The notes: generated by a model not told the origin, from the sequence alone. DNA of 64,000 nt from Dicyema japonicum (GCA_011109175.1 RDEW01000029.1:654158-718157); one strand, 5' to 3'; shown: positions 12,771 through 26,957, numbered from the stretch's first letter. Numbers and translations: made by a program.

Positions 12771-13012
12771 GTTAATCTTATTATTTTTTAATGAAATTTA
12801 TATAGATAAAGTCAATAATCACTGATACAAATGAAAATCCTTTAAGAATTAATAGAATACCTAAAAATAAGAAAAGTAAAATTAAAAAATAAGAATGCAC
12901 AAATTAAAAATCATTTTGAATGCAATGGGAAGATTTTATTAGCTTCCTCAATAAAATGATTATTTACAAGGATATCCCTAATTTTTCCAATGCACGCCTC
13001 ACTGTCCATAAT

Positions 13013-15300
13013 TTCCTACAAATTATAAATATTAAATACAATCCATTTATGAATGACCAACTCGGTGACTTTTGATTTTGACATATCTCCTTTCTTTAGT
13101 AAATCACACAAGTATTTAGACACATCCTCCACAAAATTGAATGCTTCAATAAGTTTATATACTTTAGGTGAAAGGATAACAGCAGCCTTTTCAACAGTGT
13201 AAGATCGTATATAAGCATCATATTCCATTGATTGTTCTACAATTCAACATAATCAATAACTCTGAATAGGTACCTCACATTCTTCTGTTGGTACATCCAT
13301 TAATTTTGATTCATGTTGTACTAATGTATCTGAGTTTGAAATCTCTTTCATATTCTTTATAATTGGTAATAGTTCAGTTTTAAATACATTCTATTTGATA
13401 ACAATAAACGCTCACATCCTGAGGATATTCCTTCAAATTACCAGCCAAGGTGAAAAAACTCTTTAGAATATCAACATTAGACTTTGCGTTTATCATAGTC
13501 TCATAGGCAAATGTATGTTGATCAGCTAATAGTCTAAATAAACACCACAGATTTGGTGTTTCAGAAGATTTACTACAAATTATACTAAAAAAGACCCGTC
13601 ATCTAAGCTAATCAACTCATCCTTAATCTTTAACAAATTATCTTCACAAAATGTCCTAGCATCCACAATTGAGTTTCTTCACAATTAAACTAAACTCACT
13701 TTTCCAATTTAACAGAAGTGAACATATCCAATGGAAAACGAATCTTAGTTTTATCAACCACATTTCCATCAGCCATATCAATTTTTTGAAGACAACTTCC
13801 AAATGAAGAATCATAATTCCCATTTATAGTACTTTGTCTTGAAATGATAACAATAATAACCTTTTAGCCTTTGGTTCATTGATATCAGTAGAAATAGTAA
13901 AGTCAGGACATCTGTTGTTCTTCCAAGAATTCCATGCCTTTTCATGATTAATAATTTTCTAAATTATCAATAAAATACAACATTCATAGCAGATGCAAAC
14001 TCTTGTCCATCCTTACCAGTATTCCTTATTAGATTGTAACATCTCTCAGTACTACTTTGAATCCACTCATTATGAGTTTGAATAGTTTTACTCAAATAAT
14101 AATACGATTACTTTTTCCTTGATAATTTTAGATATTGGAAAAAAATAACAAACTGAATAAGAATATGCCGTCTAAATATAACATCAGATATTTGCATAGA
14201 TAATAACTAAATATAATAAAATGATAAACATTTTCACATGTCAAATACTTAACAACATTACAATTTAGAGTATATTCAACAGACTCAACACTAAGGCTAT
14301 TAGTTTCCTTAACAGCCTCAAAGGTATCCAACACATCATCAGCAATCTTTAATAAAAACAATAATAAACCCTTCTAAACTTTGTCCATTCATCAACATTA
14401 GAATCATTAACCAACGAAGATGAACTGAAATACTTTTGTAACATCCAAAAGTCATCACAAAATTGAGAGTTAATAAATTGCATTCCACTTAAAAATAATA
14501 ATATTGAATACATTTTAGCATAATCCATCATTTCCCCGTCCTCTACAGATCCGACTTCATCATATAGTCCATCATTCTATCATATTGTACACTTATTAAC
14601 CTGAAGTTGATTAGTACCGTTTAATGTTGTAGATATTCGTGAATTTTGAGTAATATAAAAATGTCCCATCAAGTTAACACCAGATCTGTCACATATTGGA
14701 AGAAGACGAGCAAGAAATAGTTGAATTCGAGCACATAAGTGAATGTGGTTAACACGCGACAATCGACGTAAGAATTCTCAAGTCAATCAGAGGGATACCA
14801 TTGCAAATTGGTTGAAGGGATTTTTGTGTGCTCAAAAACATTGACTGATAATAATACGCAAAAATACAGATTTCCAGACTTCCATGTTTTTCTCAAGGAA
14901 GTTGAAAATAGTAGAGCACTTATCAATAGATCGACATTCTAGGAGATCCCCACACAGTTTAATTGGAAGAGCAGTAGAACTTAATCCCCTTTGAGCAACA
15001 ATCAAACTCTTCTCAAGAATTTCCAACAATTTGGAGTCATCATTACACTTTGCTAGATTATAGTAAATTACAATTATTTCTCCGAAAACGTTGATAAAGG
15101 CAGTGTCGAGAACCACTTTAGAGTCCTTTATCCTAAATTACTGATTATAGAATTAATACAAGTCATTTGGAATATAATACGAAATGTCTAAGTCAGAAGA
15201 TATTCTCTCCAATGGAGAATTCACAATAAATTTCTATTTCATTTTTAACTTTTAATAATTACTCCTAGATTATGCAGCACATTATGAATATCCATCCTTT
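13013..15300 (-). CDS. THOC1: THO complex subunit 1 (multi-exon, micro-introns; start approximate)
   Basis: LCGDLLECRSIDKCSTIFNFLEKNMEVWKS|SMFLSTQKSLQPICNE|FLRRLSRVNHIHLCARIQLFLARLLPICDRSGVNL after removing 23- and 22-nt introns; FWMLQKYF and WNSWKNNRCPDF match THOC1 as recalled. Confidence 0.88.
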
Positions 15301-16599
15301 ACAACTAAAGCCTATTCGTAAAATGAGTTATTTTTAAATTTTATAATTATTATTTACAGTAAATTAAATGTTAAAAATAATTATCAAAATATACCATTGG
15401 GATGACATTAGAACTACAATTGTCTGAGGTGGTCCTCAATTCCACGTATGTCTAAAAACACAAAAACCAAGACCTATACATGGTTTTTAAATGAAAGCAC
15501 TTGGATACAATTATTACAAAGACTCGAATGGGATTATTTGGATGAATCATTCCGTTCCTCCTTACGATATTACAGAATCATACATCCTCTGCTCAAGATT
15601 TGCCATCAATGATGAACACCTATCTAAAACATGTTAAAATGGCACTAGAAGACGGAGATTATCTAGACAGTCTCAAAAAATCGTAATCTCGAGAAGAGCT
15701 TGGAGGATTATAAAAGACCGTATCATCCAGGGGTTGCACAAGTGACGGGAAAGTTATAACTTTCTTATTGCGAATGTACACTATACATACAAGGATAACT
15801 TATTCTCGCAGGTCTGATGAATTCCTATGATACTTCTAAAAAATCTGAGTGGATAGGCAACGTTGAGAAAAATAAGCAACTTTTCAAGTAACAGAAATTT
15901 TATTCGATGTGGAAACTTGGACACATTCCTCACATTATGAAACTTGAAAAATCTAGAAAATGATCCAGTCTTATAGTTCAGTCATGAACTGGATCGGAAG
16001 TTGGGGAATATCCTTCGAATGTTAAACTCACTTTGTGGTTTGGTGCATGTCGTTTCAGCTAGAAAGAATGCGACCTTTTTGCGAGATCAAATCAAATATC
16101 AAGAATTGTATGATGGGTGATCATGGTGTACCAACCAATTTGTGTTCTTTTTCAGTCATCATCGAAGATGTCACTTGTGTCTCTGAAGCTGGATTGGTGT
16201 CTAAGATAGTTTATGCTGCAAAAAGAGATTTAGGAGGATCCTCATAAGTGGATGGAGCCTTATCCTTAATCAGTTTAATGTGAAATATTTTAAGAGTTCA
16301 AGTATATGTCAGCTGAAAAAGATGGTCAAACAAATGAAAGGAGATAAGAATGATGTAGTCGATTGATAGAGGAACAAAATGGTGTAAATATGGAAATTTA
16401 CATTTCAGAAAGTGATTAGAAGAACTTAAGTTCCAAATTAAGGAAATTAAGTCAATCCCGGGGATACTCGAAAACCAACACCCAAAATTCAGAGGAAGTA
16501 GGTCAGAGTTAATATCTCGTTGCCAAGTTCATGAATGAATTTATCTTGGATATCATTAAATGGCTCCTCGATTGGAAAGCGTGCGGATTCAAAGGTCAT

Positions 16600-17340
16600 A
16601 CAATATCTTTATTAAGAAAATGGAATCTTTACATAGCTTTTTATGTACTGATATTAATCGAATTATTAATGGGGAATATATGCCCGTAATTTAGTTTTAT
16701 ACTGGAATAACCTATTTAATTCCTACAAAGATGATTGTGAGACTAATAAAGACTTACGTCCTATAACTTGTATGCCAACATTATATACATGAATTTTTTC
16801 TTTTTTACGTCGAGGACATTCTGCAACCTTTAAAAAACAGTCGATCACCTGGTTACTCAGTGTGGTAGAATTTTAAATAATGATTACGTCCGAAGGCACA
16901 AAGAAGTTGCAAAATGCTTACATCTCCATCTATGCAGAGTATATACAATCAAAAAATCTAGAAAGTTAAAGGGGCGTTCAGTTCAGTCGATTCTATCAAC
17001 ATAGTATCTTTAGATAAGACGTCGATTCCGACTATAACGAAAGCACAGTTCAACAAACCAGATATTTTCACAACAATGAGATAATTCTAATCGAAGTGGG
17101 AATTACATCTCAGGATTGCCTAAAACAGGTGGAAGTAGAAAATGTAACAAGTACGACCTCATCGCAAGTGAGCTTTCGCTTCTCTACAATCGTCAAGTAA
17201 AGATTATCCTACTGGTTGTGGGATAAAGTTGTCTCGAAATGCTTCAAAAACTATATGGATAAGCTATCTGTTAAAGGAGAAACGAGAACTTACATCTAGT
17301 CGGTTATATTCGTAATGACCTGACAGATATTACGCTTTAT
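16600..17340 (+). mobile_element. Internally deleted R4/Dong-like fragment
   Basis: DLRPITCMPTLY; DYVRRHKEVAKCLHLHLCRVY; KPDIF..EVGITSQDCLKQVEVE; homologous to 10600-12500. Confidence 0.75.
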
Positions 17341-18624
17341 TAGTGGTCGCCTTACTCAAATTGTTGAGTTGGTGTCCTGTTACACTTTTGATAACTTTTT
17401 CTCTTTAATGAGATCTCGTCCAAGGAATGAATTCCATGATGTATTTTCGATCTGCTGAGATCCGTTGATATTTGGCTGCAGAATTGTTAAGTATTCCAAA
17501 GGGTTCGCTTTGAATTTTATTAACATTTTCTGGGACTGAGCACAATCCCTTCAAAGCAAATTCCATGGCAAATATATTTTTCCTTGCACCCCCTGGTCTG
17601 AGGCGGAAATTTTAGGTTTCCTATCAATCTTGGGATGAATTAGTCTGAATAATAAAATAACCGAATGAGTTAAAGAAAATATTTTTTGATTTATTAAGAA
17701 AATCTTCTACAATTCCTTTAACATTGTTTCTGGGATATCTAGAATCGTCATTAGAAAGTAATAAAGGATCATCAAAAGTTTCCTTAAATTAAAAAATGTG
17801 TTACGTCATTAATGTCCACACGTAATTTATAGTACTGTTTGTACTTGATTACAGTAAATAAAATAATCATATATAATGAAAGTGCAGCCAATCCAAACAA
17901 TAAAATAATAACTCCACTCTAAAGTAATAATAAATAGAAACGTAGAGAAATATCTTATTTCTAAAACTGAATAAGCATTTGCATGAATTACAAAAGGTTG
18001 TCGAAGCATATTTTAGAACGTTATTACAAAAACTGAGTTTTGTATAAAAATTTAACCAGCTTGATTCGTTAAAATTAACAGAAGTATAATATCTTCTCTC
18101 AATTCTTCCATTTGAGGGGAAGGTACAAATACATCGACATCTTGTATTATGTGAAGTCTATGGTTTGTGGATATAATTACAGATATTATGGATAGGATCA
18201 AAACAAACAGCAGCTTAATAATAAGCATGATTAGATTTTTACATAATTAACATAATTATATTTTAAAATTTATTTTAATAATAATAATATAATCTTACCA
18301 TTGATATCGGATGCCACGTGCATCAACCCCATTTGTCAATCCAACATTATCTGGAGTTTGGTAGACATGCTGTATGTCGCAGAAAAAGCTGAAGGTGCTG
18401 ACCTGGTCATGCCTACCCTAGTGTTAAAACAACTGAAAGAATAAGAGGGAAATCGCTTCATTTCCTCAAGAATCTGGGACATCTAGCTACACTTAAAAAA
18501 GCCAAGACGCATGTGAGACTCAGTGGCTTCTCCAGTTGATCTCCGTTGCAATCATGAGAGGTAACTTGAATTACATTTTTGTGATTTCTATATGTGTCAA
18601 TCAAGAATACGTTTGATTATTAAT

Positions 18625-18900
18625 TTAATTTATTAACCCCGAAATCACAAGAAAAAGGATAAAAATTATCGTTTAAGTGATCCCGGTGTCCACACCAGTC
18701 TTTTTCTGTGGTTAGTTTTTGAGTCCTGGATTAATCTCCACAACAAGGATGGTTTTTTCTCACATCTCGGACAGGCTTCCATATATGATTTGATGTCCGG
18801 TCCGAGGGGACGTTCGAATATTAAAAATAATTCAATTAGAATAAATAGTTTGACTATATTTTTGTCTCGAACATCGTCTGTTTTGGGCATGTAGATTCTC
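18625..18900 (-). mobile_element. LINE 3' fragment with terminal hairpin
   Basis: NHRKRL..TGIT*; GGGATCACTTAA..GTGATTTCGGGGTT plus AT-rich tail. Confidence 0.65.
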
Positions 18901-19329
18901 CAAATCTAACGTCATTGCCAAGAAAACAATCTAAAATGCAGAATTCATTAATTTTTTCGAACTCGTTGCACTGGACGGGGTCGATGGTACACGATCAAAC
19001 TACGTCAAGTGCATCAAATAAAAGTGTCTATGTACGTAACTCAAAAGGACATAAACCGTTTTATATGCCAATCTTCATAAATTAAACGAGATATAGCTGT
19101 AGTACAACAAATGAGATAAAAGAAAGAAACACCAAGGAATTGAAAAATTCTCTTTAATTAGTGTCTTCTAGTCTTTTCTATCGATTAAAATTTTATTGAT
19201 TTGTATATCTATTGATATGTTTATCTATTGATTTAAATTAAAAAAACAAAACTATTTAACAATGATTTTTTTGAAGTAATAATTGGTATATAAGAACAAT
19301 AATAATCAATTAACTAAAATGAAGTGGTG

Positions 19330-20139
19330 CTCTGTGGAAAAATTCTGTTGATAGCATTGATCGCTGCTCGCTCATAATCTATGGTAAAAGATAGTGGATT
19401 CAATTGTGACCTTTTTCTTTTAGTGTTGAAAATATTTGTTCATACATTTGTTGATATTTTTCTCGAGCAATAGCGTACACTAATGGAACCGTACATGTTT
19501 TACATAATGTAACATGTATAGTGTATAACTGAAACTTTAATGGAGCTGAATCAAAAGTACGATCACATAACCAATGTTCTTTCATAGACATAAGATCAAG
19601 GTTTCTTGCTTTTGTTAACATAAGCAATTCATCACTATCTTGTAGCACAAAATCATCACCTCTGAGAGTACTTTTAAGTTCATCAGTTAGAACATTACCG
19701 TCTTGTTTTTTTGTACGCTGTCGTCGAACAGTACGTGCAAGGGTTTCTTTTTTGGGTAGCGCACTAGCAGCAATAATAGGGTATGTGCTTAAACAATTTT
19801 GGATAACTGTGGATGTAGTTTCTCTCTCTCTCTCTTTATCGTATTGACGGTTTTCAGCGAATGTAAACGTCCTGCATTTGGTGGATGTTCGTGTGGTGTC
19901 ATACTTCCATTAAGTTCTTCGTTAGCAGTTCTTACTCTGCCTTTGCAATTTCCTTTCAGCTTATCTCCAATATATGACATTGTCTCTCTGTCTATCCATA
20001 ATGTACGGATAGCCATCATTTAGAAGTTTTCTCTTTCCACGAGTGGTTTTTGTAAATTCCATTTTTACCGTTATTTCTTGATCATTTATGCTTAATTGAA
20101 TTGTCGGCTATACGTCTGTCAGCCAAATGTCCTAGTACC
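19330..20139 (-). mobile_element. FLYWCH-MULE (Mutator-like) transposase remnant with 5' terminus
   Basis: MEFTKTTRGKRKLLNDGYPY..CKGRVRT..HEHPP; WLCDRTFDSAP..QLYTIH..VPLVYA; terminus GGTACTAGGACATTTG at 20139. Confidence 0.8.
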
Positions 20140-20169
20140 TGCACTATGGTACTAGGACATTTGCACTAT

Positions 20170-21000
20170 GGCCATTTTCATATAGGCGACGGTAAAACAA
20201 TCTGCGATTAAACTCAAACAGATTATTTTCTTTCCTTCTCTTACACCTACTTTCATGTGTATATAGTTTCCTCTTATTCACTATTATTGCCCCCTCTAAC
20301 TCCACTTTTGCCTTCCTCAACTCTTTGAGTTCCCATTTGGGAACACAGAATTTACTAATTAGCCCCTTTACTATAGGCGCTGCTTTTCCTCTAACCCCTC
20401 TCACCACACTACTTATGTGCCCCTCCAGTGCTTCCAGCTCAGTCTGTCTCCAAATATGCTCCCTCTATTTGATGGGTGGTCTGGGCTTGTCCGTCAATTC
20501 CTCATAGGTGATATTTGTTGCATACAGCACTAGGGAGATGTCATTCAGTGCCCCTACTGGCTTGGCCTCCACCGCATAAGCCACAGCCTTATTGATACAG
20601 GTTAACACTACTCCGTTAACCTTACAATGAGGGATCTTGGCAAGTAAATCTACGGTCCTCAAGTGGGACATCTGCCGCTGCAGCCAGATTCCGCGCGAAG
20701 ACCTCATAAACATGCTTGAACTGCAACGTATCACAGCTCTAGTGCTCGTGCTCTTTTTGACAGTTGTGGTCATCTGGTCCCCGTCCCTTTAGACCAGTAC
20801 CTCTTTGCCTACAGCCATTTTCTTGAGTTCAGTCATAGATATAGCAGTACTGAATCTGCTACTGCAGAGCTCCGCTAAGTATGACCAACATTCCAGGGCA
20901 TTCGGGATAGCCTGCTACGTACCTGCAGGATTACCTACCTAGCCCATTCTTTTGGGTCAGCTGCCACAACGGGCTCTCGGATATGACAAGAATTATATTC
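20170..21000 (-). mobile_element. 5' portion of an R4/Dong-like element
   Basis: LNDISLVLYATNITYEEL; FEFNRRLFYRRL; matches the N-terminal region of the 9340 element. Confidence 0.65.
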
Positions 21001-21163
21001 ACACCATATCCTTTTTTAATCCTTTTTTCCTTTCAACATTTTTACCAACTCGAGAGAGTTTTAACGCCACCGAATCGAACGCACGTTGCATCTTTTTAGG
21101 AAGGTTGTTGATTATTAAATATTAACTTTTTATTGTTGGTTAAATAAAGTGGGCTTGTTGTTT

Positions 21164-21687
21164 TATTTTATTTATTTATTTTAATAACCCGGGAACACCG
21201 AGAAAGAAAGACAAAAGAGTCAGACAGTTAGGTGATCCCAGTCCTCGCAATCACTTGTGCCATTCGACGTCTGTGATCCTCCATCGTCCCCACTACTTTC
21301 CGGAAGAGCCTTCTCTCGGTTTTGCAGAGGAATCCGATCGGGGAGGGGAATTTCTTATCCAATCGGTTTTCTCTTGCCATGGAAGGATTAGGCGAAGCGG
21401 ATTTCCATCTTCCTCACAGAGGCGAAGAAATCCGGAGCCACGACTACGGATCTTAGCTTCCATGAGTAGTGGGTCGACTGTTGATCCATTACGTGGGGAA
21501 AGCATACTGATTGTTTTCCGGTATATCGAGTTGATTCTTTGGACCAAAGACTCCGATAGCCCGAATCTCCATGCAACGGAGGCATACTCAATGGCAGGCG
21601 CGATTGTTTGTTGGTAGAGTGTAGAAACGGAAAAGTCCATGTTCCTCGTGGTCCTCCGAACAAGGGCGCGTATAACGTTAACTTTCT
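21164..21687 (-). mobile_element. 5'-truncated Vingi-like LINE copy with TSD
   Basis: 12-bp TSD GGCTTGTTGTTT at 21152-21163 and 21688-21699; LYQQTIAPAIEYASVAW; ends RTGIT*, hairpin and (AAAT)n; same family as 52158. Confidence 0.85.
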
Positions 21688-21844
21688 GGCTTGTTGTTTA
21701 AATTACAATTTTTTTTTAATTTAACATAATAAAGAATTCATACGAAAATAATTAATTAACACAAAAGTCCATCAAACGTGGTCCCCGCCAACATTATAAA
21801 TAATTCAAGCATTTACATATGTATTGATTATGGTTTAATACTAG

Positions 21845-22075
21845 ATATAGATTTTAGGGTTGAGATTTTACACTTAGGATTTGATAAAAGGGATTAGTTT
21901 CGGCATGGTTAAGGGATAGGGTTTATGGTTAGGGATAAGGGTTTAGTGTTAGGGTTTACGGATAGGGTTTGGAGTTAGGGTTAGAAATATGGTTAGGTTT
22001 ACAGATATGGTTATGGTTTAGGGATAGGGTTGGATAGATTTTAGAATTAGGCTTAGGGTTTAAGTTTTATGTTTG
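21845..22075 (+). repeat. Degenerate TTAGGG-like (telomere-like) repeat tract
   Basis: Many TTAGGG, TAGGGTT and ATAGGG variants over about 230 nt. Confidence 0.65.
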
Positions 22076-22549
22076 ATTTAAATTTATGAAAGATAAGGGA
22101 TCAGATTATACTTAAGAATTTAGAATAGAATAATTTTTTTATATTAAAAGTTAATTTTCGTTTATTCTTTTAGTTTTTAATAGATTATAAGATATTGTCG
22201 TATAGTATTAGAAACCGGAGTGATCTTCGTGTCCGGGATGATAAGTCAAACTTATCACTCCAAAAATATGGTTACAGTAGTCATTAATGAAACCAAAGGA
22301 ATCACAATGTATTTCCATGATAACCAAAAGAATTGAACAATTGCAGCATTGTCAAAAGAATTGAAAACGTAACAAAGGCAAAAGTTAAAAAATCTGTCGC
22401 TAGATAGATAATTTTATTAACAAAACGCTATCAAAAGCCTTTGATTTGTCTAAACATACGGCCGTAAGAAATTTTTTAATCTTCTTAGCAACACATATAA
22501 AATTTGATAATATTGAGAAACAATCTCCAGTCCCTCTAGTGGGAGAAAA

Positions 22550-24720
22550 CCCCACTGATCATCGAGAAGAAAATTGTTGTCTTCAGCGTATTTTGATAAT
22601 CTGTTGAAAATGATTTTTTTCCATAATTTTCGATATACTGCATATTAGGCTTATCGGCCAATAGTTCTCTGGATTTGAACTAGCTTTTCCCTTCTTCGGG
22701 ATCATCCGTACAAAAGACTTCTCACGTAGAAGGAACATGTCCAGAACACCACGAAGAATTAAATAAAGCCCATAACGTTTTCAATAATGGTATTCCAGCA
22801 TTTTTAAGATAGTCAGTGGGATAAAATCCCATCCCGGAGCTTTATTTTTGCATCCATTAATAGCAAAATTATCTCCTCCATAGAAATCGTTCACACAAAG
22901 ACCGCTCCACAAGCGAGAATGGCTCCTCTTCAAGAAAACTCGTTTGTATGCCTCGGGGAATAATTAACAGAGGATCCAATTCTTGTACCCTGCGAGCTGT
23001 TGTCTTAACTTTTTCTTTCGGGATCCAAGAGCCGTCACGAGACTTGAGATTTATATCTTCACCTTTCCTATCCAAAGAATTCATTTTCGAAAAAAGTTTT
23101 CAGAAGTTAGGATTATTAAGATAGAATTTGGAGCATTCTCACCTCAATCTATCTTCTTCAATACTTTTTGATACTTCCATCAATACTCTCTTTATAGACT
23201 TGATCCTCTCTTTAAAACGGTAAGAATCTTGTGGATCCCAACATCGTCTCAATTTTCCTTCCAAATTTCTCATTTCACAAAGCAAACGACATTGCTCCCA
23301 TTCATTAAATTTATTTCTATGCGGAGAAAGAAATCTCTCTTCCATAATAATCAAGATTGTTTAATATAACACTTCTTATTTTACATCCAAACTATTGATA
23401 TCCACATGATTTAAAATTTTCATTTCGAATTATACAACTTCATAGAAATATAAGAATTAAAATGAGCCCAATTCTTTGATTTATATAAGAAATATTTCAT
23501 CTTCAAAAACGGGTCCAGTTCGCAGCTCCAAAGTTTGAGGTAAGTGATCCTCCTATATCATTTTCGACATAGGGAAGACCGCTCAATAAAGCGAGGTTTC
23601 TTGCATAACGAAAATACCCAATCTATCAGCACTCCGTTATTGGAAATGATTAAGTTCTTTACGAAAAACCTCTAAATTTTCTGATTCCATTATTCCAATA
23701 AACATTTGCCGTCAGAATTAGTTATCATACAACCATGTGCAATATTTTTTGCATTGCAATCTCCCACAAGGATTGAGGTTTCATTATTAGCGAAAAATTT
23801 TTTTATAATCCTTGATAATTCCTTAATCTTTTGGAGTAAATTCCACCAATTGTTACCAACCAATGGAAGTGTACAAATCAATGCATAAAAATACGCGGAC
23901 ATTCTCTTCTATATTTTTTGGCAATCGCGTTTTAATACTTTTTTGTAGAAAATAGAGTTCCTGTACCAGCTATGGCACCGGAACGCCATGGAATATCAAT
24001 CGAATTATAACCTGGTATATTAATCATTCCATTTTTCATCTTCGTTTCATTAATAATTTATACACCCATCTCAACAGCGCTGTTCAGGCTATCAGCTCCG
24101 CAGCCCGCTTCTAAGAGAGCGGGCATTAACCAGGTAATCCTGGTTATTTCTGATTTATTTGGTGGCTGTCCTCTCTTCTTAGGAGCGCCACCAGGCCAAA
24201 TAAAAACTTGGCATCTTTCTTCGTTCTTGTCATGCTTTTAATATTTTAAAATAATTGTTCAACAATATTATGAAAACGTTCCTCTTCCTGAATATTTCTG
24301 TCTTCCTGTCCATTCGATCTTTTGATTCGCTGATTGATTTACTGACTGTGTTTGGGATCCACTGTGAACAGAGGACAATGGTGGTCTATCCGTCTGCATC
24401 CAATATCCGAGTCTTCTTTAGATGATCGGATTCTATCCTGTTCGAGTTGGCTTGGCCAAATCTTTATTGTCTCCGATCTTTCTGTAACATTACTTCCTTT
24501 AGCAACACTGTCATTGCGTGGTTTACTCTGAGGTGAGAATTTATCCATCTTGAGTTTATTAGCTGCTTTTGCACAAGAGCAACCTCCGTAGTTAGCTATG
24601 TGGTTAGTTGATCCACAATTTATGCAATTTTTACCGTTCTTTAAGTCAAGTTGACACTCCGACCTTCTGTGGTTTCCTGAGCAAATCAAACATCTTTCAA
24701 CGTTCTGTCGAAAAATCTGT
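22550..24720 (-). mobile_element. Decayed Jockey-like LINE (gag zinc knuckles, APE, RT start)
   Basis: CLICSGNHRRSEC..CINCGSTNHIANYGGC; INETKM; LVGDCNAK; IPKKGK..PENYWPISL. Confidence 0.75.
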
Positions 24721-25432
24721 CACTTAGTAAGTAAGTTATAATAAAGAAAAAGCACTGTAAATTAAGTGATGGGGGAAGTAATATGAAACGGTAGGGCATG
24801 CCAACCGATTTCTACCCCGACAGTCTCCCCAAAAAAATTCGTAAACACAGGGTCATCTCTGAAGATAAGTGCCAGATACTTTAGTGCGATTTTTGACACC
24901 TCGAATCAGATTTTCGAACCTCGAATAAGATTTTCGATAGTTCCGCCAACCTTGCACATTTTTCCTTCCAACTATAGGGGAATTGGCATACGAGGACTTA
25001 TCCCGTAAGCAAGCTTCTGCAAAAAGACTCTAATGGCACAGTGATATTTAGTCGATTAAAAATGATTTGACGCATGGAGCTTATATAATGGAATGTCGGC
25101 TTTTAAAAAATCAATGACGAGATTTTTCATGAATCTGATTCTGATTTTTCTACGAAATCAAGTTTCCCTTGATTAGTACTCATGACTATTTTGTAAGAAT
25201 TAATATACACCTAACAAATTATTGTGCTTAATCGTTTCCCTGTGTGATTCAATGAAATATTTTTTTAGAATTGTTAATTTTTGTTTTATTTAGCTTGCGA
25301 TAAAATGACTTGTCGAAGCTATAACAAGATTCTTCTACAAATTGGCTTATTTATTTTCTTGTTAATCTAAATTGAGACAGCTTTAAACGTGGCATAACAA
25401 GGAATAGTAATTTTACACATGTTTAATATTTT

Positions 25433-25840
25433 ATTTTATATTAAAATTAAAAATGGCATTTATGGGAACTAAAATCAATTATGGCATTTGAAACCCAAAA
25501 TAGCAAAAGGACATCTATAACTTCTTAGATAAAACAATTAAAAAATATAATTTAACTTGGTAATTAAAAACGACCCTTCCCTGAAAAATGGTATTTTATG
25601 GTAAAAAATATCCCTTGTGATAACAAGCTATAATTTTATATTAAAATTAAAAATGGCATTATTTTAAAATTAAAAATGGCAATTATGGCATTTAAAACCC
25701 AAAATAGCAAAATGACATCTATAACTTCTTAGGTAAAACAATTAAAAAATATAATTTAACTCGGTAATTAAAAACGACCCTTCCCTAAAAAATGGTATTT
25801 TATAGTAAAAAATATCCCTTGTGATAACAAAGCTATAAAC
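25433..25840. repeat. Two-copy ~205-bp tandem duplication
   Basis: ..GGCATTT(G/A)AAACCCAAAATAGCAAAA..AAAATATCCCTTGTGATAACAA present twice. Confidence 0.85.
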
Positions 25841-25866
25841 AGAATAAATTTTTGCATTTAATTAAG

Positions 25867-26957
25867 TTAATTATAGCTATGAAGGATTCCCTGGTCTGTC
25901 ATGGCCAATTTATTACACAAATTGTTTTTCTTTCCAAATTCAGTCAAAACAAATCCATATGATAAACCCAAATAAGTTTCGCTGAACGTGTCCAAATGTG
26001 AATTGTCTTTGGTTTCTGATTTCACACATTTAATGTGGAGCTCTAGTCTCTTGAAGGTGAGGTACTCCAAGTCTTTAATTTGAATATCTTTGGTAGAGAC
26101 TTTATTCCAAAAACGAGAGAGGGCTGCATCATAAAGGGCCATGTCGATATCATTCCACTCAATAATTGACTGTCTTAACTTTGGGTCAACTGTTTTAAAC
26201 TTTTGAGAGTTGATTTTGAAGGAAATTAAGTCATCCAACTCCCAACGTAGATATTTTCTCAAAAGTAGCATAGAAAAATCAAAGTAGTCCGCAATCAATA
26301 TTAAATCGAACTGTTTCATCGTTTTTTCCACAAAAAGGTTAGCGTCTTTTTTGGAATAATTTTTTTGGAGTTGAAACCAAGCATGTAAGCCTGAGGGTTC
26401 CTCGATTTATCGTCTCTTAGCCTTTGGTAGTGAAAATTCGGGTTTTTTAAAAATTCAACTATTTCCAGATTTTTAGAATTTCCACTGTAGTGAAAATACG
26501 AGAAAAATTGATAGAAGGGGTTTCTTAGAATTGTCAAGAAGAAAGGATCATTTTTCATCACTTTCAAGATTTCTATTTTGTCCATTCGAGTATGAAAAAA
26601 GAGCATGTCAAATGGTATTTGGTGTTGATTTCTGACGTATTTCAAGTCAAAGAAGGAAGAAGACAATCCAAAGTGAGTACTTTTATGAATTGGCACAGCA
26701 ATTGATAGATCGTGAAGACGGGCAAATCTGTTTAGAATATTAACTACCGTACTGCTTCCACATTTCAATGTTTTGAGAAAAACAATCGTTGTGACTTGAT
26801 TTTTTATATTTTTCATTTTTCCAGAGTTTTCTAGTTGGAATAGAATGTATGGCTTATGGAGTGTCAATTCCAAAATTATGAAGATCATCAGTGAAACAAT
26901 CAACAGGAACAAAATAAACCTAGTTTTCCTAAATACCATTACAATTTGATTGTTCAA
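25867..26957 (-). CDS. Galactose-3-O-sulfotransferase-like type II membrane protein with one frameshift
   Basis: N-terminal TM segment; IVFLKTLKCGSSTVVNILNRF (PAPS-binding loop), FLTILRNP, FDLILIADYFDFSMLLL, IIEWNDIDMALY; frameshift near the A7 run at 26360-26366. Confidence 0.82.

Noticed and set aside
15810-15840. Hammerhead core CTGATGA
   Set aside because: No flanking stems or correctly placed GAAA; the same holds for other CTGATGA hits inspected.
20890-21000. Possible HDV-like ribozyme at the 5' end of the R4-like element (AGCCC/GGGCT, CCTGC/GCAGG stems)
   Set aside because: No P3 or P2 could be placed in the required order.
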